This document shows positions 1-9,997 of a stretch of 64,000 nucleotides of DNA, piece after piece (the stretch's first letter is position 1; each line of letters begins with the position of its first letter). Both the position numbers and the translations under genes were made by a program. The notes below the pieces were generated by a model. The model was not told the origin of the DNA. It saw nothing but the letters and a program-made list of their open reading frames with translations, and did not search any database. Source of the DNA: an uncultured Desulfobacteraceae bacterium (GTDB lineage Bacteria > Desulfobacterota > DSM-4660 > Desulfatiglandales > Desulfatiglandaceae); contig CAZAKC010000001.1 in the NCBI GenBank assembly GCA_964485655.1, forward strand, positions 1,028-65,027, read 5' to 3'.

Positions 1-60
1 CCTCCTGAGAACTGTCCGGTTTGTGGCGCCGTGAAAGGTAAATTCAGGAAAGTGGTTTAA
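1..60 (+). CDS. 3' end of a gene cut by the window edge; rubredoxin-type CxxC knuckle (rubrerythrin/rubredoxin-like C-terminus)
   Basis: Frame 1 reads PPENCPVCGAVKGKFRKVV* with TAA at 58-60. CPVCG followed by K..F is typical of the last Cys pair of rubredoxin-fold domains. Only 19 codons are visible. Confidence 0.45.
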   Translation, partial: PPENCPVCGAVKGKFRKVV

Positions 61-71
61 GGAGGAAAATT

Positions 72-800
72 ATGAAAAAGGCTATACTTGTTTTTGTTAT
101 GATCGTGTCGCTAGCATTTGTAGGTGCCTGCTCCACATACAAAGCCAAGCCTTTGCCCTTCAAGGCCCCTTCTGCTTATCCAAACGCAAGAAAGATTGAT
201 GGTGCACTGGTGGCAGCCAAGGCATATGATAACCCAATTGAGGCAAAGGATGCTTTCGGCTTTGACATACTGGCTGCAGGGCTCCTGCCTGTCCAGGTTG
301 TCTTTGACAATCAGGGCAGACACCACCTCAGTATAAATCCGGGGCAGACATTTCTCGAAGACGTCCAAGGTAATCTGTGGCCCATATTACAAAAAAGACT
401 CGCGTATGACAGGGCCTCCAAGTACGCAGAGACAAAACACATCTTCAAGAAAGGAGCTTACTCGGGTTTTCTTGCCGGCAGTGCTGGGGCAGTAATCGGA
501 GCTGCTATCGGAATCATATCAGGAGAAAATGTACTTAAGTCAGCGGGGAAAGGCGCTGCAGTCGGTGCTGCGGCCGGTGCAACCGCAGGGGGTTTGTCGG
601 CCTATGGTTCGGGGGAGGCCCGCCACGAAATCATAAGGGACCTGCGGATGAAATCTCTTAGGAACAAAGAAATTACCCCCGGCACACTCGCCCATGGGTT
701 TTTGTTTTTCCCGGCCGAGGCCAAACGGGCAAGAAGCCTGCGCCTGCAGATAGTAGATGAGGATACAGGCCGAAAGTTTACGGTCCGGTTTCTATTCTAG
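72..800 (+). CDS. Lipoprotein with Gly/Ala-rich (glycine-zipper-like) segment, function unknown
   Basis: GGAGG RBS at 61-65. N-terminal signal with lipobox-like LAFVGAC. Gly/Ala-rich stretch GFLAGSAGAVIGAAIGIISG...GAAVGAAAGATAGG. Confidence 0.7.
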   Translation: MKKAILVFVMIVSLAFVGACSTYKAKPLPFKAPSAYPNARKIDGALVAAKAYDNPIEAKDAFGFDILAAGLLPVQVVFDNQGRHHLSINPGQTFLEDVQGNLWPILQKRLAYDRASKYAETKHIFKKGAYSGFLAGSAGAVIGAAIGIISGENVLKSAGKGAAVGAAAGATAGGLSAYGSGEARHEIIRDLRMKSLRNKEITPGTLAHGFLFFPAEAKRARSLRLQIVDEDTGRKFTVRFLF

Positions 801-1361
801 AAAGAAATCCTCACTCCTCATTATCCGGAAGAGGGGATAAAGAGGGTTTTTTCGATAAAGCCCTAAAGTAGATTCATGAAGCTCCCTGGAGGACGCCGCA
901 CAGCAGTCCTCCAGGATAACCGTCTTAAAGTTATGGCACAGGGAGTCCATTGCTGTGGTAAGGACACAGAAATTGGTGGCGATACCGCTGACAGCACACA
1001 GGGTTATCCCCCTTTGTCTCAACCAATTTTCCAGGCCAGTCTTGAAAAAAGCAGAAAAACGGGGTTTAGGGAGCCAGTAGTCTGAGGCTTCACGATCAAG
1101 TTCATCAATTACTTCCGCCCCAGCGGTGCCAGCCAAGGAATGGGGCTTCATACGCCCTTTAAATATGAAATCATCAGGGTGAAAGGCATCTGTAGAGAAG
1201 ACTACCGGCCATCCATTGTCCCGAAACCTGCGTATTGTTGTATTAATTGCCGGAATTATAGCCCGGGCAAACGGGGTGATGGCGAGCCCTTTCGCCTCAT
1301 CGAAGTTATCTTTCACCATGTCAATAATCAGAAGGGCAGGATGGTCTTTATCTTTATGCAT
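792..1361 (-). CDS. Isochorismatase-family cysteine hydrolase
   Basis: LLIIDMVKDNF (catalytic Asp region), KPRFSAF (Lys), IATNFCV (nucleophile Cys). Start overlaps the stop of the upstream desulfurase gene by 8 nt. Confidence 0.85.
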   Translation of the reverse strand: MHKDKDHPALLIIDMVKDNFDEAKGLAITPFARAIIPAINTTIRRFRDNGWPVVFSTDAFHPDDFIFKGRMKPHSLAGTAGAEVIDELDREASDYWLPKPRFSAFFKTGLENWLRQRGITLCAVSGIATNFCVLTTAMDSLCHNFKTVILEDCCAASSRELHESTLGLYRKNPLYPLFRIMRSEDFFLE

Positions 1362-2505
1362 TTCTCAACTCCTTTATGCGCTCAACGAGCAGCTCCGCTG
1401 CCTCTTCAATCTGCTCAATAGTGTTGGATCTTCCTACAGTGAGTCTCAACGCCCCTATCGCGATCTCCTCTGGCACTCCCATGGCAGATAGCACATGTGA
1501 AACCTTTACACCATCTCCATGACAGGCTGCGCCTGTAGATGCCATAACCCTTGGAACACCCGCCAGGACTCGCACCCCCTCCACTCCGGGCACAGAGACA
1601 TTCAGCGTATTTGGAAGTCTTTGCTCAGGGTGGCCATTGAGGACAAGTCCATCCAGGTTGCTAAATAAAAGCCCCTGTAACCTGTTCCTGTACTCGGCCA
1701 TGGCTGCCATATCTGCTCTAAGCCTGAGGGAGCAAAGCTTGCAGGCAGCCCCAAGACCCACCGAAAGGATCACATTCTCCGTGCCAGGCCTGAGACCTTT
1801 TTCTTGTGAAGCCCCATGGATCAGGGGCCTGATTGCTTTTGGATCCCTCACATACAGGGCGCCGATCCCTTTTGGCCCATATAACTTGTGTCCCGCTATA
1901 CTGAGAAAATCTATCCCAAGTTCATCTACGTTTACCTCGATTTTTCCAACAGCCTGGGCAGCATCAGTGTGTACAGGAACTCCGTGCTCTCGGGCGATTG
2001 AGCATATCTCGCCCACCGGTTGCAAGGTGCCTGTCTCGTTGTTAGCAAGCATGATGCTGATTAGCTTCGTATCAGGTCTGATGGCTTTCTTTATCTCGTC
2101 AGGCTCTACACGCCCGTAGCGATCAACAGCAACGATACTAACATTCACACCCAGTTCCATGAGATAGATACAGGGATTCAAAATAGCCGGGTGCTCCACA
2201 GCGCAGGTAATAATGTGGGTCTGCTCAGGAGATCTGAAGTCTACCACCCCTTTTAACACCATATTGTTACTCTCTGTGCCACCAGAGGTGAAAATAATGT
2301 TATCGGGACGCGCACCGATCAGTGATGCTACCTCCTCTCTGGCCTTTTCCACCCCCTCTCTGGCCTCTCTGCCCAACGAGTGATTACTGGAGGGATTACC
2401 GAACCTCTCCGCTATATAAGGCGCCATAGCCTCAGCCACTTCCCTGGCTATGGGGGTAGTGGCATTGTGATCTAGGTAAATGTAGTCGTGAACTGTGTCT
2501 GCCAT
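1354..2505 (-). CDS. Cysteine desulfurase, class V aminotransferase (NifS/IscS type)
   Basis: IYLDHNATTP, TSGGTESNN, HKLYGPKGIGALYV (PLP Lys), ASTGAAC (active Cys loop). I moved the start to the ATG at 2505, which has GGGAGGA 5 nt upstream; the ORF track extends to 2550. Confidence 0.9.
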   Translation of the reverse strand: MADTVHDYIYLDHNATTPIAREVAEAMAPYIAERFGNPSSNHSLGREAREGVEKAREEVASLIGARPDNIIFTSGGTESNNMVLKGVVDFRSPEQTHIITCAVEHPAILNPCIYLMELGVNVSIVAVDRYGRVEPDEIKKAIRPDTKLISIMLANNETGTLQPVGEICSIAREHGVPVHTDAAQAVGKIEVNVDELGIDFLSIAGHKLYGPKGIGALYVRDPKAIRPLIHGASQEKGLRPGTENVILSVGLGAACKLCSLRLRADMAAMAEYRNRLQGLLFSNLDGLVLNGHPEQRLPNTLNVSVPGVEGVRVLAGVPRVMASTGAACHGDGVKVSHVLSAMGVPEEIAIGALRLTVGRSNTIEQIEEAAELLVERIKELRNA

Positions 2506-2689
2506 TGAATCCTCCCGGAGTCTGCTTGAGCTTAGAGCGGAATGCGTCATCTCCTACTTCTATATGATATTTTGTCAATTGACAAGGTGCAGGGTTAAAT
2601 GTTACCTCTATCGTCGGAGTGTCACGGATTACTTGGGCTTCCACCCTTACCCTACGGGCCGGTGTAATTAGACGAGGAGGGAGTAACCT

Positions 2690-5164
2690 ATGGCAAGTGA
2701 AAACAGCAAAAAGTTTATCCTTTGGTTTGACGAGATTGGCATTGAGGACGTTCCCTTAGTAGGTGGGAAAAACGCCTCGCTCGGAGAGATGTATCAGAAA
2801 CTTCATAAAAAAGGGATAAGAATTCCAAACGGCTTTGCCATAACCGCTTATGCATACAGGTACTTCCTCAAATATGCAGGTATTGAAGATGAAATACGCA
2901 AAGTCCTCAAGGACCTCGATACCCACGACCTAAGCAATTTACAGCGAAAAGGGCGGCAGGTGAGAGATATCATACGCCATGCAGAATTTCCTCCTGATCT
3001 CACCCAAGCCATATATACAGCTTATGATAAACTGGCCGAAGAGTTTGGTTTGGGGGGCACCGACAATCTGGACGTAGCCATTCGATCTTCGGCCACAGCA
3101 GAGGACCTGCCTGATGCCTCCTTTGCTGGTCAACAGGACACATACCTTAACATTCGCGGAAAACGCAGCGTCCTTGATGCATGCCGCAAGTGCTTCGCAT
3201 CGCTTTTTACCAACAGGGCTATTTCTTACCGCCACGACAAGGGCTTCGGCCAATTCGACGTGTCTCTTTCAATAGCGGTCCAAAAAATGGTACGAAGTGA
3301 TTCGGCATATTCAGGCGTCATGTTTTCCATTGATACGGAAACAGGGTTCAAGGACGCCGTGCTCATTACCGCTGCGTACGGCCTGGGTGAAAACGTGGTC
3401 CAGGGCATCGTGAATCCCGATGAGTATTACGTGTTCAAACCTACACTGAAGGAGGGAAAACGCGCCATAATAAGCAGAAAAGTGGGCGACAGAGACATCA
3501 AAATGGTCTACTCAATGGACGATGAGGACACGGTGAAAAATGTCCCCACTACGTTGGCCGAGCGGCACCGATATGTACTGGACGATGATGAAATCCTTAA
3601 ACTTGCCGAATGGGCATGCATAATAGAAGATCACTACAGCCAGGAAGCAGGCTACTTTAAGCCAATGGATATTGAGTGGGCAAAGGATGGCGACGGTGTC
3701 AATGTTGGCACTGGGAAGCTGTTTATCGTCCAGGCCAGGCCCGAGACAATCCACTCCCAGAGGGATAGCAACGTTTACGAGACATACAGATTGCTTGAGA
3801 CCGGCCCTGTACTTTGCTCTGGTACCGCTGTAGGCACAAAAATAGGGCAAGGTGTGGCGAAGGTCATAAATTCCACCCTTGAAATGGATCAGTTTAAAGA
3901 GGGAGAGGTCCTGGTTACTACTATGACTGACCCAGATTGGGAACCCATCATGAAGATTGCTGCTGCCATTGTCACTAACAAGGGAGGCAGAACATGCCAT
4001 GCAGCCATAGTATCACGCGAGTTGGGGATCCCTTGTATCATTGGTACGGGTAATGGCGACGAAGTGATAAAAACGGGACAAGAGGTCACTGTTTCGTGTT
4101 GCGAAGGGGAAACAGGTCATGTCTATGACGGTATTCTTAAATACGAGGTGGAAAGGCTGAACCTGGAGGAGTTACCCAAGACAAAAACAAAGATTATGAT
4201 GAATGTGGGCATCCCGGAGCAGGCCTTTTCTCAGGGCATGATTCCCAATGACGGGGTAGGTCTGGCAAGAGAAGAGTTCATTATTAACAGCCATATTGGG
4301 ATCCATCCCTTAGCCTTATTGGATTATGAAAAGCTGAAAGAGAAAGCAAAGAGCGATCAAAAAGTTGCAGGTGTAGTATACAAGATCGAGGATATCACCA
4401 GCGTGTACCAGGACAAGAAACAATTCTTTATTGACAAGCTGGCAGAGGGAATAAGCCGAATTGCCGCCGGCTTTTACCCAAATGACGTAATAGTCAGACT
4501 ATCGGACTTCAAGACGAACGAATACGAAAACCTCCTCGGGGGATACCTCTATGAGCCCACCGAGAGTAACCCCATGATAGGCTGGAGAGGAGCATCTAGA
4601 TATTACGACGAAAAATTTACCCCTGCCTTTGAACTTGAATGCCTTGCCCTACTGAAGGCTCGCAACGAAGTAGGGCTGACCAATATAAAGGTCATGGTGC
4701 CTTTCTGCAGGACACCTGAAGAGGGCAAGAAGGTTATAGAGTTGATGAAACGCTTTGGCCTGATCCAGGGAGAAAACGGCCTGGAGGTTTATGTGATGTG
4801 TGAGATTCCAAGTAACGTGGTGTGTGCAGATGAGTTCGCAGAAATATTTGACGGCTTCTCCATAGGCTCCAATGACCTTACACAGCTCACCCTTGGTTTG
4901 GATAGGGACTCCTCGCTGGTTGCTCACATATATGATGAGAGGAATACCGCTGTTAAGCGCCTGATAAGACAGGTAATAGACGTTGCCAAGAAAAAGGGCC
5001 GAAAGATCGGAATCTGTGGTCAGGCCCCCAGCGACTTCCCTGATTTCGCCGAATTTCTGGTCGAATGTGGTATAGACTCCATGAGCCTTATACCCGATAC
5101 AGTAATAAAAACAAGGCTCCTTGTAGCCAAAAAGGAAAAGGAATTAGGAATAAAACCGGAGTAA
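2690..5164 (+). CDS. ppsA: Phosphoenolpyruvate synthase (pyruvate, water dikinase)
   Basis: VGGKNASLGEM, swivel-domain TNKGGRTCHAAIVSRELGIPCIIG (phospho-His), C-terminal PEP-utilizer GSNDLTQL and ICGQAPSD. 824 aa. Confidence 0.95.
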   Translation: MASENSKKFILWFDEIGIEDVPLVGGKNASLGEMYQKLHKKGIRIPNGFAITAYAYRYFLKYAGIEDEIRKVLKDLDTHDLSNLQRKGRQVRDIIRHAEFPPDLTQAIYTAYDKLAEEFGLGGTDNLDVAIRSSATAEDLPDASFAGQQDTYLNIRGKRSVLDACRKCFASLFTNRAISYRHDKGFGQFDVSLSIAVQKMVRSDSAYSGVMFSIDTETGFKDAVLITAAYGLGENVVQGIVNPDEYYVFKPTLKEGKRAIISRKVGDRDIKMVYSMDDEDTVKNVPTTLAERHRYVLDDDEILKLAEWACIIEDHYSQEAGYFKPMDIEWAKDGDGVNVGTGKLFIVQARPETIHSQRDSNVYETYRLLETGPVLCSGTAVGTKIGQGVAKVINSTLEMDQFKEGEVLVTTMTDPDWEPIMKIAAAIVTNKGGRTCHAAIVSRELGIPCIIGTGNGDEVIKTGQEVTVSCCEGETGHVYDGILKYEVERLNLEELPKTKTKIMMNVGIPEQAFSQGMIPNDGVGLAREEFIINSHIGIHPLALLDYEKLKEKAKSDQKVAGVVYKIEDITSVYQDKKQFFIDKLAEGISRIAAGFYPNDVIVRLSDFKTNEYENLLGGYLYEPTESNPMIGWRGASRYYDEKFTPAFELECLALLKARNEVGLTNIKVMVPFCRTPEEGKKVIELMKRFGLIQGENGLEVYVMCEIPSNVVCADEFAEIFDGFSIGSNDLTQLTLGLDRDSSLVAHIYDERNTAVKRLIRQVIDVAKKKGRKIGICGQAPSDFPDFAEFLVECGIDSMSLIPDTVIKTRLLVAKKEKELGIKPE

Positions 5165-5173
5165 AGCAGGAAC

Positions 5174-6166
5174 ATGAAATCAATTAGAATCTTGGGCACT
5201 GGCTCTTATGTGCCCCCAAAGGTATTAACCAATTTCGATTTACAAGAAATGGGACTCGATACCACGGATGAGTGGATCGTATCAAGAACCGGAGTGAAGG
5301 AAAGGCGTGTGGCAGACCCTGATGTGGCCACCTCTGACCTTGCTTACGAGGCCTCTGTTAAAGCGCTGGAAATGGCTGGCCTAACGGCCAAAGAGATGGA
5401 CCTGGTCATAGTTGCCACTATCACGCCTGATACCTGCTGTCCTTCAGCAGCCAACTGGCTGCAGGCCAAACTTGATGCACCCCAGGCTGTAACATTTGAC
5501 GTTACCGCTGCATGCTCGGGGTTCATATTCGCCCTTAATGTGGCAGAGCAATACCTGAAGACAGGAGCCTGCCGCCATATCCTGGTTGTCGCTGCAGAAG
5601 TGATGACCAGGACCCTCAACTGGAAAGACAGGACCACCTGTATCCTCTGGGGAGATGGTGCAGGTGCGGCCATACTAACAATGGACGATAAGGGTCCTGA
5701 GATCCTATCCACTCATCTCCACACAGACGGTGCCAACGGCCAGGACCTGTTACTGCCAGGCGGGGGGTCAAAAACTACTCCCATAAGTCATGAGAGTGTG
5801 GACAAAGGTCTCCATACCCTGAACATGATCGAAGCCAATGCCAGCTTTCGGGTGGCAGTGAGACATTTCATCGAGTCCATTAAGGAAGGGTGTGAGGCAA
5901 ATGGTCTGGCCGTGGAAGACATTGACTGGTTCATCCCACATCAGGCAAATCTCAGAATGTTCCAGTCCATTGCAAAGAATCTTAAAATCCCCATGGAAAA
6001 ATTTTACGTGACGCTGCATAAATACGGCAACATATCATCGGCCTCTTGTGCCATCGCACTGGATGAGGCGGTTCGGGATGGCAGTATAAAACCCGGCCAC
6101 CTCATTTGCATGCCCGTTTTTGGAGGTGGGCTTACCTGGGGTAGCGCTGTAATCAAATGGGCATAG
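5174..6166 (+). CDS. fabH: 3-oxoacyl-ACP synthase III (KAS III / FabH family)
   Basis: GTGSYVP, AACSGF (Cys), PHQANLRM (His), GNISSAS (Asn), GGGLTWG. Lies 9 nt after ppsA. The genomic context is not a fab cluster. Confidence 0.85.
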   Translation: MKSIRILGTGSYVPPKVLTNFDLQEMGLDTTDEWIVSRTGVKERRVADPDVATSDLAYEASVKALEMAGLTAKEMDLVIVATITPDTCCPSAANWLQAKLDAPQAVTFDVTAACSGFIFALNVAEQYLKTGACRHILVVAAEVMTRTLNWKDRTTCILWGDGAGAAILTMDDKGPEILSTHLHTDGANGQDLLLPGGGSKTTPISHESVDKGLHTLNMIEANASFRVAVRHFIESIKEGCEANGLAVEDIDWFIPHQANLRMFQSIAKNLKIPMEKFYVTLHKYGNISSASCAIALDEAVRDGSIKPGHLICMPVFGGGLTWGSAVIKWA

Positions 6167-6175
6167 GGAGGATAC

Positions 6176-6949
6176 ATGACATTAAACAAGTTGGCAGAGC
6201 ACAATGTAGGTTACCGTGCATGGCCTGAGCAACTCGACCCTCGGCGCCACACCATCGTAATGATTCACGGGGCAGGCGGCCGTACTGAGATATGGAATGG
6301 CCAACTGCGCCACCTTGGCGCGCAGTTTAATGCAGTTGCAATTGATCTCCCTGGCCATGGCGCCACGCCTGGCAATGGATTTAATGCTATAAGTGATTAT
6401 GCCACTTGGCTTGTTGACATCCTGGACGCATGCTTCGATGCCCCTGTGGTACTCATGGGTCATTCCATGGGAGGGGCCATCTGCCAGCAGGCGACCCTTC
6501 AGGGCTCGGAACGGATAAAGGCCTTGGTTCTGGTTGGAACCGGCCCGAGGTTGAAAGTGGCTCCCGCCTTCCTGGAAGGTCTCAAAAAGAACTTTGAGCC
6601 CACCGTGGACCTCATTATCAAATATGCATATTCTTCCTCAGCCCAGCCCCTCATGATCAGCCAGGGCGCTGATCTTATGAAGCAGGCAGGGCCCGAGGTC
6701 CTTTACAACGATTTTGCGGCCTGTGACGCGTTCGACGTACGGGATCGAATAGGCAAGGTAGAGCTTCCCACACTTGTAATATGTGGAAAAGAAGACAAAC
6801 TTACACCTCCCTCGCTTTGCCGCAAGCTTAACGAGAGCATTAGAAACAGCAAGATGATCGAGATCCCTGGAGCAGGACACATGGTAATGATAGAGGCCTG
6901 GCGCCCCTTTAATGAAGCGGTTATTGACTTTGTAAAAGGATTGCCCTGA
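6176..6949 (+). CDS. Alpha/beta-fold hydrolase (BioH/MenH-like esterase family)
   Basis: VMIHGAGG, nucleophile elbow GHSMGG, C-terminal GAGHMVMIE. Lies 9 nt after the fabH-like gene. Confidence 0.8.
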   Translation: MTLNKLAEHNVGYRAWPEQLDPRRHTIVMIHGAGGRTEIWNGQLRHLGAQFNAVAIDLPGHGATPGNGFNAISDYATWLVDILDACFDAPVVLMGHSMGGAICQQATLQGSERIKALVLVGTGPRLKVAPAFLEGLKKNFEPTVDLIIKYAYSSSAQPLMISQGADLMKQAGPEVLYNDFAACDAFDVRDRIGKVELPTLVICGKEDKLTPPSLCRKLNESIRNSKMIEIPGAGHMVMIEAWRPFNEAVIDFVKGLP

Positions 6950-8696
6950 TCCTTCTAGCAAGCTCCTGTGGTGGAATATGGGATTCTACCCGCAGAGAGC
7001 GGTCTTCGATTCCGTCTGCTCTGATGAAGATTACCGTAGGCACCCCCTTCACTGCGAAGCGCTTTACAAGCTGTTGTGTATCAGTCCTGCGCGTAGTAAG
7101 GTCTACTCTCACGGCAAGCAGTCCGGAAGCCAATTTGGCCACCCCTGGATCTCTGAACGTTGTTTTGTCCATCTCTCTACAGGGAGTGCACCACTGGGCA
7201 AAAAAATCGATAATTGCAGGCCTCCCGTTTTTTCTGGCCTCTTGAAGGATTCCTGGCCGGTAAGGGACCCACTTAATCCCCTTATCTTTGTGCCATAGTT
7301 CAGATGTCATTAATACAGCAGCTATCAACAGGCCAATCCCCAAAAACCTTTTAATTACCGTGAACGTCCTGTTTGTCGCCCTCGTTCTATCAAACAATCC
7401 GATGTGAAATGCTGCTGCTCCCAGAACCGCAGGTATCGCTATCACCTTAAAGGCATACCCTGGTATGATTGGGCGCACCATGAAAACTGCCATTCCGACC
7501 ATAACCCAGCCAAAGCCCTTCTTTATCCACAGCAACCAATCGCCCGACATGGGCAGTCTGTCCACAGCTCCCGAGCTGACTGCAAGTATTCCAAGCGGGA
7601 GCCCCAATCCGATGCTAAGAACAAAGAAATAAAGAAAACCAAGGAGGGCATCGCCCCTCTGGCCCACATAGGTTAGCAAGCCTAGGACAAAGGGTCCAAG
7701 GCAGGGTGCTGCCACCACTCCCAGCGTCAGCCCCATGAAAAATGATCCGAAAAATCCGCCAAAGCCTTTTGAAGCAGCGCTTACAATTCCAGAGGGCAGC
7801 CTCATCTCCCATAGGCCAAAAAAGCTGAGGCCCATGGCCAGAATAATTACTGAAACAGTGATCAGAACAATGGGATTTTGAAGGGCACTGCCCAGAATTC
7901 CCCCGGTAAGTGCGGCACTCACCCCAAGCACAGAGTTGGTTACAGCAAGACCGCCCATGTACATGGCGCCGTGAATCATCTTTCTGCCACGCAGTTCCGA
8001 GCTACGGGCGCCGAAAAACGATACTGTAATGGGGATGAGAGGATAGATACAGGGCGTCAAATTGAGCGCAAGCCCTCCCACAAATATACCTAACAGGGTC
8101 AGCAATAGGCCCCCGTGCAACCGTACTCCACTGGGAGTTACGCTTGGGCCCACATTGCTGCGGGGTATTCCGCGCGAAAACAGCGCCATGTTCAGCGGTA
8201 TTGTTTGTGTCCCAGGGGGGACAACCTTTACCGCCACCAGAATCTGTTGTTTTTTCGGAGGGAAACAACTATCAAAGGTACATGCCTGATAGCTCAGTGT
8301 GCCCTTGATGTTGTAAGATCCGGGGGCCACATTCCTGCCGATATGAAGTCTACCCCGCACAAGCACCTGTCCCTTGTAAACCTCTATATTATCATCCGAG
8401 TATGGTAGCTTTACATTTTTGGGAGCGGGGAACTGCAGCTCCACAATACTCACCCCTTCGGCTGGGGCAAAACTCAGATCTGTTGGCATCAGCATCTGAG
8501 CAGGACTCGCCTCATGGCCGTGTAAAAGCAAACCTTTAGGGATCTCTATCTTGAAAGCGATTGGGTAGTCTTTGCCTGGGAGATAGGCCTTTTGGGAATG
8601 AAGAACATCCACTCGCGGCATAAAAACACTTGCAACTGAAACACTGCAGAGGGCTAAAACAACCAGCACTACAATTATCGTTTTGAAACTTTGCAT
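6921..8696 (-). CDS. DsbD-family thiol:disulfide interchange protein (N-terminal periplasmic domain, multi-TM core, C-terminal thioredoxin)
   Basis: N-domain YQACTFDSCFPP, TM core with LTPCIYPLIP and AAPCLGP, C-terminal thioredoxin FAQWCTPCREM. Start placed at the ATG at 8696 (MQSFKTIIVV signal/TM); the ORF track extends to 8780. The 3' end overlaps the convergent hydrolase gene by 29 nt. Confidence 0.8.
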   Translation of the reverse strand: MQSFKTIIVVLVVLALCSVSVASVFMPRVDVLHSQKAYLPGKDYPIAFKIEIPKGLLLHGHEASPAQMLMPTDLSFAPAEGVSIVELQFPAPKNVKLPYSDDNIEVYKGQVLVRGRLHIGRNVAPGSYNIKGTLSYQACTFDSCFPPKKQQILVAVKVVPPGTQTIPLNMALFSRGIPRSNVGPSVTPSGVRLHGGLLLTLLGIFVGGLALNLTPCIYPLIPITVSFFGARSSELRGRKMIHGAMYMGGLAVTNSVLGVSAALTGGILGSALQNPIVLITVSVIILAMGLSFFGLWEMRLPSGIVSAASKGFGGFFGSFFMGLTLGVVAAPCLGPFVLGLLTYVGQRGDALLGFLYFFVLSIGLGLPLGILAVSSGAVDRLPMSGDWLLWIKKGFGWVMVGMAVFMVRPIIPGYAFKVIAIPAVLGAAAFHIGLFDRTRATNRTFTVIKRFLGIGLLIAAVLMTSELWHKDKGIKWVPYRPGILQEARKNGRPAIIDFFAQWCTPCREMDKTTFRDPGVAKLASGLLAVRVDLTTRRTDTQQLVKRFAVKGVPTVIFIRADGIEDRSLRVESHIPPQELARRIRAILLQSQ

Positions 8697-8837
8697 GTTT
8701 TGGAGTCGTTTCTCGACGTGATTTAACAAGTTGCTATCTCTGTTATTCCTAACCCCCAAAGAAGTTAGTGGATAAGACATTCAAGATACGTTAGAGTTAA
8801 AGAAAAAGTTGTCCATCCCACGATCAGGGGAGAGAAA

Positions 8838-9734
8838 ATGAGCCTAATAGTTCAGTCTACAAAATTAATCCTCATTTTCATAGCCGTTATTTCTACTTTG
8901 TTGCCAGGCAAAATATACGCGGCAGATACCCGCACCACCGTTTGTGTTGCCATATCACCGCAGGCCTTCTTTGTGAAAAAGATAGGAGGTCAATATGTAC
9001 GGATAATGGTGATGGTCCCTCCCGGCGCCAGCCCTGCTACTTACGAGCCAAAACCACGGCAGTTGGCCGCACTTTCGCAATGCACTGCGTACCTCGCCCA
9101 AGGTCTTCCGTTTGAATCTGCCTGGCTGGAGCGGTTCAAGAAATCGAATCCCACAATGAGGATAGTCCGTTGTTATGCCGGAGTGGAAAGGGTGACACTG
9201 GAAAGTTCTTTCAAAAAAAAGATTAACCCGCAACGCAGGGTCCTCTTCCCCGATCCCCATATCTGGCTCTCCCCTCCTCTTGCTATCATTGAAGCCAGAA
9301 ATATATTGAGGGCCCTCGTCAGCCAGGATCCTTCAAGGGTCAAATACTACCAGGACAATTATCGTCAGCTTGTCAAAAGGATTGTTGACCTAGATCTCAA
9401 AATCCAGAATCTGTTTCTCCAGATAGGCGGCCACAATACATTCCTGGTGTATCACCCTGCGTGGGCTTATTTCGCATGGACTTACGGCCTGCAACAAGTG
9501 GCCATAGAAAAAGGGGGCAAAAAGCCCCTTGCCAATGATTTGAAGCAGCTAATCCTTCTCGCCCGAAAAAAAGGATTCAAGTATCTTTTTATACAACCCC
9601 AAATCTCCTCCCACTCTGCCCAGGTTATAGCCAACTCCATCGGCGCCAAGCTCGTTATTGCCGACCCCTTGGCAAGGCAGTGGGACACGAACCTACTTGC
9701 AGTTGCCCAAAAGATCCGCAAAGCCCTCAGATAG
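8838..9734 (+). CDS. Metal (Zn/Mn-type) ABC transporter substrate-binding protein, ZnuA/TroA family
   Basis: Signal peptide, PGASPATYEP, DPHIWLSP, YHPAWAYF. No permease or ATPase gene is adjacent. Confidence 0.8.
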   Translation: MSLIVQSTKLILIFIAVISTLLPGKIYAADTRTTVCVAISPQAFFVKKIGGQYVRIMVMVPPGASPATYEPKPRQLAALSQCTAYLAQGLPFESAWLERFKKSNPTMRIVRCYAGVERVTLESSFKKKINPQRRVLFPDPHIWLSPPLAIIEARNILRALVSQDPSRVKYYQDNYRQLVKRIVDLDLKIQNLFLQIGGHNTFLVYHPAWAYFAWTYGLQQVAIEKGGKKPLANDLKQLILLARKKGFKYLFIQPQISSHSAQVIANSIGAKLVIADPLARQWDTNLLAVAQKIRKALR

Positions 9735-9780
9735 AATCTAAAATCTATGATTCAAGGAATAACAAATCCGGGGATGAACA

Positions 9781-9981
9781 CTACCTGGGTTTTCTGTAAG
9801 GGGGCTGGGCCTTTGCCCCTTCAAGCACAGTCCGGACCCGATCTCTCTCCGCCTTTACCTCGGCCAACCTTTTCTCAAGGTCCTGTTTCCTGTCCGGAGG
9901 ACAGGTGGAGAGTTCTTTTTGGAGCCTCTCTAGCTCCTTTTCAAGCCTGTATAAATCTTTGGCAACGAGACGGATAGACAT
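9781..9981 (-). CDS. Small coiled-coil protein, function unknown
   Basis: 66-aa heptad-like charged sequence (LYRLEKELERLQKEL...), 16 nt downstream of the MlaD-like gene on the same strand. An overlapping + strand ORF (9747-9977) looks non-coding. RBS is weak. Confidence 0.4.
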   Translation of the reverse strand: MSIRLVAKDLYRLEKELERLQKELSTCPPDRKQDLEKRLAEVKAERDRVRTVLEGAKAQPPYRKPR

Positions 9982-9997
9982 GTCTTTACGCCCTAAT

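Noticed and set aside
9747-9977. 76-aa + strand ORF overlapping the small coiled-coil gene
   Set aside because: It is Pro/Gly/Ser-rich with no RBS. The - strand frame gives a regular heptad-type sequence and sits in operon register with the MlaD-like gene, though that call is itself only moderate.
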